Shown: positions 8,376 to 17,787 of the stretch, one piece after another
Numbering within the stretch: position 1 is the first letter of the stretch
How the letters are laid out: each line of letters opens with the position of its first letter
From: a virus
Length of the DNA: 64,000 bases
Virus record (IMG/VR): IMGVR_UViG_3300017769_000001
Coordinates: 84,740-148,739 of that record
Direction: 5' to 3' (one strand)
Translations under genes and position numbers: made by a program
The notes under the pieces: model-generated
The model's input: only the letters and a program-made list of their open reading frames with translations
The model's database searches: none
What the model was told of the DNA's origin: nothing

Positions 8376-9982
8376 GATCGTCGCCGAGCCATAACTGGCG
8401 ATACTTTTTCTGATATCCCTTTATTTACTGGGAGTGTTGTATCGGATGGTGATTGTTTTCGACTACCAAGTTTCTTCCGCCCATTGGTGGATTTACGCTT
8501 GGATTCGCTGTTAACCGCAGTAATAAGCTCTCGAATGTTTCTGATCTCTTCGCGCTTAACAACACCAGATCCGAGCCGGAACAAGGGAGTTCGCATCGCA
8601 CCTTCACCATGCATTTCTCCGGTCTTTTCCATAAGCCCAAACTTGATGGCTGCTGCTTTCATCTTGTTAACCGTTTCTGTGGACACTCCAGTCCATGCTG
8701 CTGCAAACTTCTGCGAGTAGCAGGTACAGACTTCCTCCGTAGACCAAGTGGATTTCAAGCCAACCAGATCCAAGAACCCCTGTGCGGCTTTCTTTTGCCC
8801 TTTCGTCATATGAGTTATTTCTGATTTCAGTTCTGGTCTCTCAAAGTCAATGACACCAGCTTCAGACATCAACTTCATAGTCCATACGACAAACTCGGTC
8901 GGAGAAGGCTTTCTGTAGTTCTTTCCGTACCGAACGTTCATAAAGATTCTTGTCAGGTTATAGTCGATCTTCTCGTCTGAGTTATGGTCTGAGAAATCTC
9001 TGACAATGAGACCCCAACCACCACCTTCGCGTCTGACCCAGCGGGATGACATCGAAGGATTGTTGTCAGTGTGGCCGGGGAGTAGTGACCTGAACGGGCG
9101 ACCAAACATTTCCCCGTTCTTCGGTAGCGCGACTCCAACGTAAGATGCCAGTCGCTTCTGAACGTCTTTGTTGAACAGAATACTGTTGAACATCTTTCCA
9201 GTCATTTCTCCACGACCGATGAAGATTGGATCCCCGGTGTATGTGATGTCTTCATAGCCGTGATTGGCTCCAATACCCTCGTACACACGCGAAAGAGAAG
9301 CAGAGGTCTCTGCTTCGATTACAGCAGACACATCGTCACCGGGTTCTTCCGGGATCTCTTCGTTCTTCTTTGCTGTTGATTTTGAACGTTTCGGTGTTGT
9401 CTGTTCCCTGTACTGACTAAGGCTTTCGATTTCCCGGACACCAGTCAAATGATTTTTCAGTTCCGACGGCAGTTCCGGTAATTTGTTGTCTCGTATTTGA
9501 GAAATGAAAGAGTCTAGGGAACCGCGCTGCATGTAGCGATTCCCGTCAGGAAGTATTGCGTACCCCCCAACACCCAGAGAATCTATGGCATAAATGAAAC
9601 CAACTTTTCGAACTACCTCGTTGTCTGGCTTGAAGTAGTAATGATGACCGTTGTTTAACGTTGACGCCGTCGCCTTTGTCTGGCACGTGTACTCATGAAT
9701 TTTCCCAAAAGAAGCAAATGCTTGTTGGCCTTTGCTCAAATCGACATCGATTACGCTAAATTGTCCTTCACAAGGAGCACCAATGAGCGCGTCCGGATTC
9801 TTCTTCCACCATCGCTTGACAAGACCAACATCAGAAGATGCGTTCTTGAAACCGTTCTTCGTTAATGGACTCTTGTCGCTTGGCTTGCACGGAAAAATCT
9901 TGATCCCAGCTTTGGCGTATTTTACTGCTATGTCGATGTATGATTCACTCACCCCAGATAACCATCCTTCGCATTGTTCCAA
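8357..9982 (-). CDS. Prim-Pol (bifunctional primase/polymerase N-terminal domain) protein with C-terminal HTH-like domain
   Basis: IFPC..DKSP, RWW..NPDALIG, VIDVD, GHHYYF and IDSLG.GGY motifs; central LPGHTDNNPS; C-terminal SQKFAAAWTGVSTETVNK...GLME. Confidence 0.85.
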   Translation of the reverse strand: MEQCEGWLSGVSESYIDIAVKYAKAGIKIFPCKPSDKSPLTKNGFKNASSDVGLVKRWWKKNPDALIGAPCEGQFSVIDVDLSKGQQAFASFGKIHEYTCQTKATASTLNNGHHYYFKPDNEVVRKVGFIYAIDSLGVGGYAILPDGNRYMQRGSLDSFISQIRDNKLPELPSELKNHLTGVREIESLSQYREQTTPKRSKSTAKKNEEIPEEPGDDVSAVIEAETSASLSRVYEGIGANHGYEDITYTGDPIFIGRGEMTGKMFNSILFNKDVQKRLASYVGVALPKNGEMFGRPFRSLLPGHTDNNPSMSSRWVRREGGGWGLIVRDFSDHNSDEKIDYNLTRIFMNVRYGKNYRKPSPTEFVVWTMKLMSEAGVIDFERPELKSEITHMTKGQKKAAQGFLDLVGLKSTWSTEEVCTCYSQKFAAAWTGVSTETVNKMKAAAIKFGLMEKTGEMHGEGAMRTPLFRLGSGVVKREEIRNIRELITAVNSESKRKSTNGRKKLGSRKQSPSDTTLPVNKGISEKVSPVMARRRSCGDSS

Positions 9983-10245
9983 GCCTGCTTGTCAGTAAGG
10001 TAATAAAGACAGTTCGTTGACAAAGAACTGCCCACTTTCTTACGAAGCCTGCTCACTTCTACTCTGATTATTTCCCGCGCTTCATTCTTATCTTCATCAC
10101 TCCCGAATCTATAATCGATTGAATGATAAAGATTAATGAGATCGATCATTTTAGCAGTAGCCTGACCTATGGTCAATTTGTTTGATGGCTTCTGTAATCG
10201 ATCTCTCATCCTGTCAGGACGCATCGCACAACCCTCTAAGTACAA
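9949..10245 (-). CDS. hypothetical protein
   Basis: Fills the gap between the RuvC-like and Prim-Pol genes, overlapping both; start uncertain. Confidence 0.55.
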   Translation of the reverse strand: MYLEGCAMRPDRMRDRLQKPSNKLTIGQATAKMIDLINLYHSIDYRFGSDEDKNEAREIIRVEVSRLRKKVGSSLSTNCLYYLTDKQAWNNAKDGYLG

Positions 10246-10891
10246 ATCCGTACTGACTCAACCAATATGCGTCAGTGAGGTCATACCGGCCTTTCGTCTT
10301 AGGTATCTTCGAGAACTGATCCTTTACTGTCTTGGGGAGTGCGTCGAACATTTCATCTTTCGTCGCTTTTCCGGATCCAGTTGCAAACTTCTTCACGGTT
10401 GTTGGCGTTGCGATATCAACGAACGAGTCTTCAAATTTCACAGTAAACTCATCGTTGATCGCGTTTTTGAAACCATCAATCAGAAGGAACTGAAGCCCCG
10501 CCAATGATCTTGCCGCGTCTCCGGTTGCGCCAAATCCCAATCCTTCCATACAGACGTGCAATGGTGCATTTTCCGACATAGTTAGAGCGTTGGTCTTCAA
10601 ATACAGATTCGTCATGACGTTCCTAACGGCAGCTGCCATGTAATACTGCTGCATCGGTTTGTTCTGTTTAAGCCACTCTTCCCCACCACCAACAAGAACA
10701 TCAAGAGCAGGATGGAGGACAGGTATATCTCTCTTTTTGTTATTCGGATCTGATGCTGGGCTTACTTGCACAAGGTCATATGCAATCAGGTTGCCGTCCA
10801 CATCGGTGATACACCATCCAGTACTTGCAAGTGATTGATCGACCCCGATTATTAACGGCTTTTCATGTCTTACTTGATTGCAAGAATTCAT
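10214..10891 (-). CDS. ruvC: RuvC-like Holliday junction resolvase
   Basis: IIGVDQSLASTG, VCMEG, PTTVKKFATGSGKATKDEM and DLTDAY motifs. Confidence 0.88.
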   Translation of the reverse strand: MNSCNQVRHEKPLIIGVDQSLASTGWCITDVDGNLIAYDLVQVSPASDPNNKKRDIPVLHPALDVLVGGGEEWLKQNKPMQQYYMAAAVRNVMTNLYLKTNALTMSENAPLHVCMEGLGFGATGDAARSLAGLQFLLIDGFKNAINDEFTVKFEDSFVDIATPTTVKKFATGSGKATKDEMFDALPKTVKDQFSKIPKTKGRYDLTDAYWLSQYGFVLRGLCDAS

Positions 10892-10934
10892 AATTTACTC
10901 TCTCCATAAATATAAGGGATTGGAGACTGTATTT

Positions 10935-11117
10935 ATGAGTAAAAAAGCCGTGCCAGTTAAAACCGAAGACCTGAAAGAAGAAGACCGCATTTACTTGTCA
11001 ATGGTCAAAATAAACCGGCTCGTGCAGAACGAGATTCGAAGATGCGAATACTTAGAATCCTGTCTGACGAGCCTTAGTAAGAATATTGACGAGTCTAACC
11101 AAAGGAAATCTGGCTGA
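10935..11117 (+). CDS. small late hypothetical protein, antisense to its neighbours
   Basis: TAAATA at 10907-10912, GGAG RBS, ATG at 10935; 3' end overlaps the gp46 3' end. Confidence 0.55.
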   Translation: MSKKAVPVKTEDLKEEDRIYLSMVKINRLVQNEIRRCEYLESCLTSLSKNIDESNQRKSG

Positions 11118-13362
11118 ATCCGTTACTCTTCGTAACAGTCCATACCATATCACACTTATCGTCAAACTCTCCGCTGTGGCTTACCAGCAGCACTTTATCG
11201 AAGCGATCAGAAATCAATCTGAATACGTTTCTCTTCGATTGTCCGTCCAAGGCAGAATCGAATACTTCGTCGACTATCAGGAAATCACTTCTGGTTCCCA
11301 ACATGCCCATTAGATCCCGAAGGGCAACAGCAACACTGATGTCCAGCTTCAGCTTCTCACCAGCAGACAGGTTGTGATAACTGACCGAACGGTTCATGTA
11401 CTCAATAGACACGCTCAGATCGTCTTCAATACTGCAAATATGTGGCGAGTCCAGCTGATCGGCGTACTTATTGATCATCTTATTCAGATACGGTACGTAC
11501 TTGCCGATAATGTTTCTCCGAATGAAACTCTTTGAATCAGTCAGCAGCTTCACAAGATAGTTGCAGTGTCTGATGTCGATGCCAAGATCAGAGATCTTCT
11601 TCTCAAGCTCGTCAGTATCCTTCAGGTTCATCTTTGATTCATCCGGATCATCAAACGGACATTCTTCGGCGTTCAAGCGATGAACCTCTTCCAAGGCAGT
11701 CTTTGCCTTGTTGATGAGATTCTCAAACTCAACTTCGTTTCCTGAGAGATTCATCGCTTTCAGTTCCGCAACAATCTCATTAATCTTGGACTCAGACTCT
11801 GCGACCTTTTGATTCAGAGAATCGAGATTCTTCTCTTTCTGACTGCGAGTACCTTTCAAGTCTTCCAACTTCTTCGAAATCTCAGAGACATCAAGACTCG
11901 CAATTTCGTCCAACTTGCGATTGGTTTCTTCGAGTTGCCTGTCATAGGAGTCGATCAGAGTTTCTGACTTACGGATAGACGCTTCAACGTTCTTGAATTC
12001 TTCACGGATCCGGTCTCCATCGTCAATGACTTCGTCTGGGATGTCAGTGACCTCTTTCTCAATCCGAGACATTTCTTCATTAATCTCGGAGATCTTTTCT
12101 CTAACAGATTGCTTTATTTGATTTTTTTCTTTTATTGCGTCCTCGTATTCTTTGATTTTTTCAACATATTCTTCACCAACCCACTGCTGTCGACACGTCG
12201 GACACTGGCTTTTTGAAAGATGGTCAAGTTTCTTTTGAAGTTCAGCAATCTCACGATCAGTGAGACTAATCACAGATTCTTCAGTCACCAGCTGAGAGTC
12301 CAATTCTTCAAACTCCTTGTTCAAAGAATCAAACTTATCAGCGTGCAACACCTTTGGTTGAAGTTCTTTTAGGTCTGACTTACGAGACTCTATATCCCTT
12401 ACCAGCTCCAAGCGATCCTGCTGTAGTGATTCCAGTCTGGATTCCAGTGAACGCCTGTCTCCTTCTCCGGAGTTCAAAGAAATCTCGGCAGCATGGATCT
12501 CCCGGTCGATCTTTCGGATCTCGTCAATACCGGTATTGATATCCGAGGAAACATTGGATTTGAATGCCTTGAGATCAGAAAGATTGGAGAAGAGTGACCG
12601 GATCTTTTCTTCCGACTCAAGAACAGAAGAAGAACTCTTGATGATATCATTAAGCTCAGAAATCCTCTGTTTTTGGTTTCTGAAGTACTGGTCGTACTTT
12701 TCTTTGTTGTTCTGAAAGATCTGGATCTCGCGAGCATTGATTTCCTCCGCATTCTCAAGATCCTTCCGAACTAACTTCAAATCAACCTCATACTCATCCC
12801 TCAACGCCTTTACAGACTTGGCTCTCTCAGTGAGCTTTGACATGCCAAGGAATTCTTCCATGAAGTTGCGCTGCTCCGCAGGCTTCCTTTTGAGAAGCGG
12901 AGGTACAGACGTTGTCATAAGGAAACTGAATACGAATGTGTCGTAGTTGACACCAATGTATTCTTCGATCAGCTTCGATGTGTTTTGAAGAGAATCACGA
13001 GTCAAATCTACAGAATCCACGACAAACTTCAGTGAGTTTGGCTTTCTTGTTCTGGTGATGACTGCATGTTTACCATCAACCTTCATATGGAGTTCAACGA
13101 ACATTCCCTTGCCGTTTACCATGTTTATGAAGTCGTCCTGCTTGATGTCCGGATCGACACCCTTTCCATAAAGCGCATACGTCAGAGCTTGGTTTATGGT
13201 GCTCTTACCACTGCCGTTGGATGATCCATTCTCTTTCCCGGCATCTACGTCGAGGTTCTTTCCTTTGATGTTGGCAATACCATCTTTGAATTCGATCTCA
13301 GTCTGAACGTTGCCAAACGACAGGAAATTTTTAATCAAAAGTTTTTCAAACTCAAGCTTCAT
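11095..13362 (-). CDS. gp46: recombination endonuclease ATPase subunit (gp46/SbcC/Rad50)
   Basis: KNFLSFGN, NGSGKST Walker A, CPTC zinc hook, LSAGEK signature, IVDEVFD Walker B. Confidence 0.95.
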   Translation of the reverse strand: MKLEFEKLLIKNFLSFGNVQTEIEFKDGIANIKGKNLDVDAGKENGSSNGSGKSTINQALTYALYGKGVDPDIKQDDFINMVNGKGMFVELHMKVDGKHAVITRTRKPNSLKFVVDSVDLTRDSLQNTSKLIEEYIGVNYDTFVFSFLMTTSVPPLLKRKPAEQRNFMEEFLGMSKLTERAKSVKALRDEYEVDLKLVRKDLENAEEINAREIQIFQNNKEKYDQYFRNQKQRISELNDIIKSSSSVLESEEKIRSLFSNLSDLKAFKSNVSSDINTGIDEIRKIDREIHAAEISLNSGEGDRRSLESRLESLQQDRLELVRDIESRKSDLKELQPKVLHADKFDSLNKEFEELDSQLVTEESVISLTDREIAELQKKLDHLSKSQCPTCRQQWVGEEYVEKIKEYEDAIKEKNQIKQSVREKISEINEEMSRIEKEVTDIPDEVIDDGDRIREEFKNVEASIRKSETLIDSYDRQLEETNRKLDEIASLDVSEISKKLEDLKGTRSQKEKNLDSLNQKVAESESKINEIVAELKAMNLSGNEVEFENLINKAKTALEEVHRLNAEECPFDDPDESKMNLKDTDELEKKISDLGIDIRHCNYLVKLLTDSKSFIRRNIIGKYVPYLNKMINKYADQLDSPHICSIEDDLSVSIEYMNRSVSYHNLSAGEKLKLDISVAVALRDLMGMLGTRSDFLIVDEVFDSALDGQSKRNVFRLISDRFDKVLLVSHSGEFDDKCDMVWTVTKSNGFSQISFG

Positions 13363-14395
13363 TGTGGTGCCCTTTGCATTTCTTAAAGATGTCCACCAGA
13401 CGTTCAATTTCTACATCTGCGGGTGGCTCTGTGATGGCTTCGATTGATGCGACGATACTTTCATCGATGTCGTCAACAGCTTCGACGTCTACTGTGGATT
13501 CGATAAGCTCTTTGGCTTTGTTCCCCTTGTAATTTATCTTCGAATTAGTGGTTTCCAGCTGCGCAACCACCTTCGAAGCATCGTCGATCAGTTCATCTGT
13601 CGCGTCATCTGGGAGATTGATTCTGACGCTAGTGTGTTCGTCAATCAACCCCTCGTCGTTGAATTCGATGAAATCTTCGTAAGACAAACTGAAGATTTTG
13701 ACTTTCATCCAATCAACCCACTCGATCTCGTCAGTCTCCAGATCGAGAACCAAGAACCCGCGCTCAAGGTCATTCGCATCGTTGTAATCAAATGGGAACG
13801 GACTGCCAACATAAATCACGTTATCTTTGATCTGACGCTTATGGTAGTGGCCGGTGATGACTCGCTTACAGTGACGAAGTTCCCTATGTGAAAGACCGTG
13901 CTCCATCACATAGTTCTCGTTCATCATGAAATTTTTGAACTCAAAATGTCCAAAAACGTAGTCACAATCTTCAGATTTTTCGATCAATGCATCCCACTGC
14001 TCTCCGTCACATACCCAAGGAGATACCAGAATTCTCTTACCGTTGATAATCTGAACGACATCATCTGCTATCAGATTTGCGTATTGTCCGAGACAACGGG
14101 TCGAACTTACATCCAGCCGATTCTTGTAGAACATGTCATGGTTTCCGGTGAGTACTGAGAACGGGATCCCGGACTTATGTACTCGGTGAGCGCCATCGAT
14201 TGCGTAGTTCAAAGTCTCCACTGATACCTTTGATCGGTTGTCAAAGTAGTCTCCCAGCTGGTAGATGTGAGAGATCCCATTTGACTTGGCGTAGTCTACC
14301 ATAAATTCTATGAAATCAATAAGATACTGATTATGTTTTGGGGAGTCGTTATCACGCCCGAAATGCCAGTCGCCGGTTAAGATGACTTTGCTCAT
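13352..14395 (-). CDS. gp47: recombination endonuclease nuclease subunit (gp47/SbcD/Mre11)
   Basis: GDWHFG, LGDYFD, GNHD, GHFE and GHYH metallophosphoesterase motifs. Confidence 0.95.
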   Translation of the reverse strand: MSKVILTGDWHFGRDNDSPKHNQYLIDFIEFMVDYAKSNGISHIYQLGDYFDNRSKVSVETLNYAIDGAHRVHKSGIPFSVLTGNHDMFYKNRLDVSSTRCLGQYANLIADDVVQIINGKRILVSPWVCDGEQWDALIEKSEDCDYVFGHFEFKNFMMNENYVMEHGLSHRELRHCKRVITGHYHKRQIKDNVIYVGSPFPFDYNDANDLERGFLVLDLETDEIEWVDWMKVKIFSLSYEDFIEFNDEGLIDEHTSVRINLPDDATDELIDDASKVVAQLETTNSKINYKGNKAKELIESTVDVEAVDDIDESIVASIEAITEPPADVEIERLVDIFKKCKGHHNEA

Positions 14396-15060
14396 TATTT
14401 CACTCCGAATGTTTTTCCGATGTAATCATTGAAACTGATTTCGGATTTATTTTCCTCTTCTTCGTCGCCCCAGAGAGTCATATGTTCAAGGTGGTCGTAA
14501 ACTACCCTCGATGATTTCTTCTGTGGCGTAGTGTCAGATTCAGAGCCGTCTTCCATTCCGAATTCGTCCGTATCGCGACCTTCTTCATCCTCATCATCGT
14601 CTTCGTCACGAGCGGCTATCGCTTCTTCGGCAATGGCTTCCTCGTCCTCGACTTTCTGTGCCTCTTCCTGTTCCTTGATCATTTCTTCGTATCCGTAATC
14701 GCCACGAAGACCTTGATCTACCTTCAGGGCGTTCTTGGTGTTCATGTATCCGTATTCTTTCTTCAGGTAACCGATATAAGCTCGAAACAGACAGGTAGTG
14801 AAATAACCGAAAGGATTATCCGACTCTTCTGGATTGAACTTGGGGGCTGCTTTGATGCAAGCATGGAGACCTGTTGCGATCAGATCTTCTTTGAAGGCAC
14901 GTCCGTATCGTCGTTCGTATTCACGGAACTTCCGGTCGTGGGAGTAGTTCTCTGCCAATGTCATGAACATCTGGCCTAGCTTTTCAGTGACCCGTCCTTG
15001 CTCTCTTGTCTTGATCACTTCTTCGTACATTTCTTTCTTGTCGATGTAGTGTTTGCTCAT
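14395..15060 (-). CDS. gp55: late transcription sigma factor (gp55-like)
   Basis: HYIDKKEM, LGQMFM.LAE, FNPE.S.NPFGYFT; acidic tail; adjacent to gp47. Confidence 0.9.
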   Translation of the reverse strand: MSKHYIDKKEMYEEVIKTREQGRVTEKLGQMFMTLAENYSHDRKFREYERRYGRAFKEDLIATGLHACIKAAPKFNPEESDNPFGYFTTCLFRAYIGYLKKEYGYMNTKNALKVDQGLRGDYGYEEMIKEQEEAQKVEDEEAIAEEAIAARDEDDDEDEEGRDTDEFGMEDGSESDTTPQKKSSRVVYDHLEHMTLWGDEEEENKSEISFNDYIGKTFGVK

Positions 15061-15086
15061 ACTGCCTCTGTTTCTACGATATTGAC

Positions 15087-15115
15087 ATTCTATACCATTT
15101 ACGTTATGTGGTCAA
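15087..15115 (-). promoter_or_regulatory. sigma70-type promoter for gp55-47-46
   Basis: TTGACC-17 bp-TAGAAT on the minus strand. Confidence 0.75.
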
Positions 15116-15186
15116 GTTTGTAAACACCAACCAAGCAATATTTCTCAATCCCCCTGCAACCCCCGTCATCACTGCATTCCACTTCA

Positions 15187-15250
15187 AAACAAGCCATTTC
15201 CTACACAGGAATATATATCTGTGTAGGCGAGCGTGGTTAAACTTAAAGGT
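15187..15250 (+). repeat. dispersed palindromic element, copy 1
   Basis: CCTACACAG-GAATATATAT-CTGTGTAGG then GCGTGGTTAAACTTAAAGGT. Confidence 0.95.
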
Positions 15251-15334
15251 GCATGAGAATAAATTTCATTTGAGAATTGTTTCTAAGGATAATCCGGATC
15301 CTTCTGGAGCCCAGTAATAGCAAGGAATGTGGCG

Positions 15335-15409
15335 TTTCCTACACAGGAATATATATCTGTGTAGAGAGCGTGGTTAAACTTAAAGGTTGTTGAGATAGAT
15401 TCTCAAATG
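15335..15409 (+). repeat. dispersed palindromic element, copy 2
   Basis: Same core 138 bp downstream of copy 1, extended by TGTTGAGATAGATTCTCAAATG. Confidence 0.95.
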
Positions 15410-15449
15410 ACATCAGAACATCCGTTTAGCTTCGATGGTAGGTTTTTGC

Positions 15450-15455
15450 TAAATA
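15450..15455 (+). promoter_or_regulatory. gp55-dependent late promoter box TAAATA (representative)
   Basis: Same hexamer precedes late genes at + 10907, 17240, 19224, 20267, 29002, 35261, 37581, 38918, 46479, 48229, 52247 and - 618, 1970, 3310, 4213, 5074, 5609, 7183, 7732, 7824, 10930, 35239, 53142, 63501; matches the core of T4 TATAAATA. Confidence 0.85.
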
Positions 15456-15487
15456 AGATAAAACCGTAAGTACATGGGAGTTAACGA

Positions 15488-15703
15488 ATGAAAACTTATG
15501 TTAACAAGACACGTACCATGAAGCGTCTCGTTCTCGTAACTGACAAAAAGTCAGGGAAAACTGAGACTAAGTTTCTTGGTAAAGGTCAAGAAGTAACCAC
15601 TTCAAGCGAAGCATCTTTCGTTGAAGATGGAATCAAGATTCGGGAAACAGCGTCAAAGCAGCCTGCGTCTAAAAAAGCCGAAACCAAAGAAGATAAGGAG
15701 TAA
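15488..15703 (+). CDS. small basic late protein
   Basis: GGGAG RBS, late promoter, first gene of the sheath operon. Confidence 0.7.
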   Translation: MKTYVNKTRTMKRLVLVTDKKSGKTETKFLGKGQEVTTSSEASFVEDGIKIRETASKQPASKKAETKEDKE

Positions 15704-15709
15704 TAACCA

Positions 15710-17155
15710 ATGACTTTTCCTATTTCCGCTGGGGTTTACGGTCGTGAGATTCTCGGTGATGCTGTTGCAGCACCACAGATCGGCTTCACTGGTGCTGCTG
15801 TAATCAGTGCGCTTAAAGGGCCAGTCGAACCGACCCTTATTACCTCTGAACGCCAATTCTATGAGCTGTATGGCAAGCCTACAATGGATCGTCCATCAAT
15901 GCACTGTGTTGCTCGATTCCTGCGTCAAGGTAATGCGGCAACCGTTCGTCGGGTGATTGTTGATGCTACTGCTGCTTCTGGCGAGATCGCTGGTGCAGTG
16001 GATCCGTACATCACCATCGAAGCAGCCAACCCCGGTGCTTGGGGTAATGACCTGACCGTCACTTTCAATGAAAACGAAGACAACACTTCACTTTGGGATC
16101 TGACGGTGACTTATGATGGTGAGGTTGTTGAAACCTTCACTGTTTCTATGGTCGAAGGTGCTGTTGACGGATTCGGTCAGCCTCAGTACATCGAAGACCG
16201 CGTCAATGAGCGCAGCCAGTACGTTCGCATTACTGTGGACGAAACCGAAACAGCAACCATCACTGATGGTGATGACGTTGTTCTTGGTGCTGGTACAGAC
16301 GACAGCACACCGGTTGGTGACGCTGAAATCGTTCTGGCTCTTGAAGACTTCCGCAACACCGACGAAGTTGAAGCAAACTACATGATCAACGCAGGTTGGA
16401 TCTCAGCCGCTGTTCACGCAGCTATGGTTGATGTGATGGAAGACCGTAAAGACGGTATCGTCATCCTTGATATGCCAGACTCCAAAGTTGCAGCTGATCT
16501 GGTTACTTTCCGTAAAACAGAAAGCAACATCAACTCATCTTTCGCAGCGTACTACGCTGGTTGGGTTCGCATCATTGAAACCGAAACTGGCAAGGAAGTA
16601 TCTATCCCGGCATCTGGTGATGTAGCAGCGATCTTCTCTGCTTCTCAGCAAGGAACCGTTTGGGATGCTCCTGCTGGTCTTCGTCGCGGTGTGATCAACG
16701 GCATTCTGGGAACCAACAAGATCTGGTCTGAACTTGAGCGCGATGCCCTGTACAAGGCAGGTATCAACCCAATCCAGACATTCGCAGGTCAAGGTACTGT
16801 GATCTGGGGTCAGAAGACTGCATACGCAATTGCTTCTTCATTCGACCGCATCAACGTAAGATTCCTGCTGAACTATGTTCGCACAACTGCGATTGCTTCC
16901 CTGAAGCCATTCGTATTCCAAGCGAACACTGAGTTCACTCGAAACTCGATCTTCACTCTGCTTGACAACTTCATGGCAGGTGTTCAGGCGAATGATGGTG
17001 TGTACGGATACAAGATTGAAATCGGAACTGATCTGAACACTGCTCAGGTTATTTCGAACAACCAGCTGCTGGTTAACATTCTTGTTCAACCGACTCGCAC
17101 TGCCGAGTTCATCCGTGTTGACACAATCACAGTTCCACTTTCTCAGGATCTGTGA
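15710..17155 (+). CDS. gp18: tail sheath protein (gp18-like)
   Basis: SAGVYGRE, NPGAWGN, WDAPAGLRRG, INPI, WGQKT and DRINVRFL motifs. Confidence 0.95.
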   Translation: MTFPISAGVYGREILGDAVAAPQIGFTGAAVISALKGPVEPTLITSERQFYELYGKPTMDRPSMHCVARFLRQGNAATVRRVIVDATAASGEIAGAVDPYITIEAANPGAWGNDLTVTFNENEDNTSLWDLTVTYDGEVVETFTVSMVEGAVDGFGQPQYIEDRVNERSQYVRITVDETETATITDGDDVVLGAGTDDSTPVGDAEIVLALEDFRNTDEVEANYMINAGWISAAVHAAMVDVMEDRKDGIVILDMPDSKVAADLVTFRKTESNINSSFAAYYAGWVRIIETETGKEVSIPASGDVAAIFSASQQGTVWDAPAGLRRGVINGILGTNKIWSELERDALYKAGINPIQTFAGQGTVIWGQKTAYAIASSFDRINVRFLLNYVRTTAIASLKPFVFQANTEFTRNSIFTLLDNFMAGVQANDGVYGYKIEIGTDLNTAQVISNNQLLVNILVQPTRTAEFIRVDTITVPLSQDL

Positions 17156-17196
17156 TAACCGGTTAAAACGACAAGAAATTTCGCTACCAAATATTC

Positions 17197-17219
17197 AGCC
17201 CCTTTCGAGGGGCTTTTTT
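17197..17219 (+). terminator. intrinsic terminator after sheath
   Basis: AGCCCCT-TTCG-AGGGGCT-TTTTT. Confidence 0.85.
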
Positions 17220-17283
17220 ATTCTTGGTCAATAAGTTCCTAAATAATGGAACAGAAACATCCTTTGCAATGGAGAAATAAAAC

Positions 17284-17781
17284 ATGAGTATTGAACAAAC
17301 CCGCGCAATCGACCGTCCACAGAAGTCATACGAGTGGGAAATCGAAATCGTCGGCCCATCTACCGGCGGTCTTGAAGGTCTAAAGGCGTATGCCCAGACA
17401 GCGAACATTCCTGAAGAAAGCATTGAAGAAATCGTGATCAACCACAAGTCTGAACGTTCTGTTCATGCTGGCCGTGTTGCTTCTGCCCGAACTTCAACGA
17501 TTAACTTCATGGATGACGAAGCACTTACCGTATTCCGGTATATCCGTCAGTGGCAGGAAATCATCAAGAACTCGCAAACCGGTGGTGGTGTTCCTCGTTC
17601 ACTGTACGTTGCTGATATCATCGTCCGCCAGTTCAACTCTGACAGTCAGACTGTAAGCGCAGAGCATCGCCTGCGTGGTGCCTTCCCGACTTCTCGTGGG
17701 GAGATCAGCATGTCTTATGACGCGTCAGAAGTAATGAACTTCGATGTGACATTCAGTTACGAACGCCTTGATCTGGAATAA
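17284..17781 (+). CDS. gp19: tail tube protein (gp19-like)
   Basis: Follows sheath; ANIP, INFMDD, GAFP and FDVTFSY motifs; own late promoter. Confidence 0.88.
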   Translation: MSIEQTRAIDRPQKSYEWEIEIVGPSTGGLEGLKAYAQTANIPEESIEEIVINHKSERSVHAGRVASARTSTINFMDDEALTVFRYIRQWQEIIKNSQTGGGVPRSLYVADIIVRQFNSDSQTVSAEHRLRGAFPTSRGEISMSYDASEVMNFDVTFSYERLDLE

Positions 17782-17787
17782 TAACTG

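Noticed and set aside
15200-15227. Protelomerase (telRL) site
   Set aside because: Arms are only 8-9 bp with an asymmetric spacer rather than a long perfect palindrome, and no protelomerase gene is seen
15187-15409. CRISPR mini-array interpretation of the two direct repeats
   Set aside because: Only two adjacent copies with a 138-bp period, a third copy 38 kb away and inverted, and no cas genes in the window
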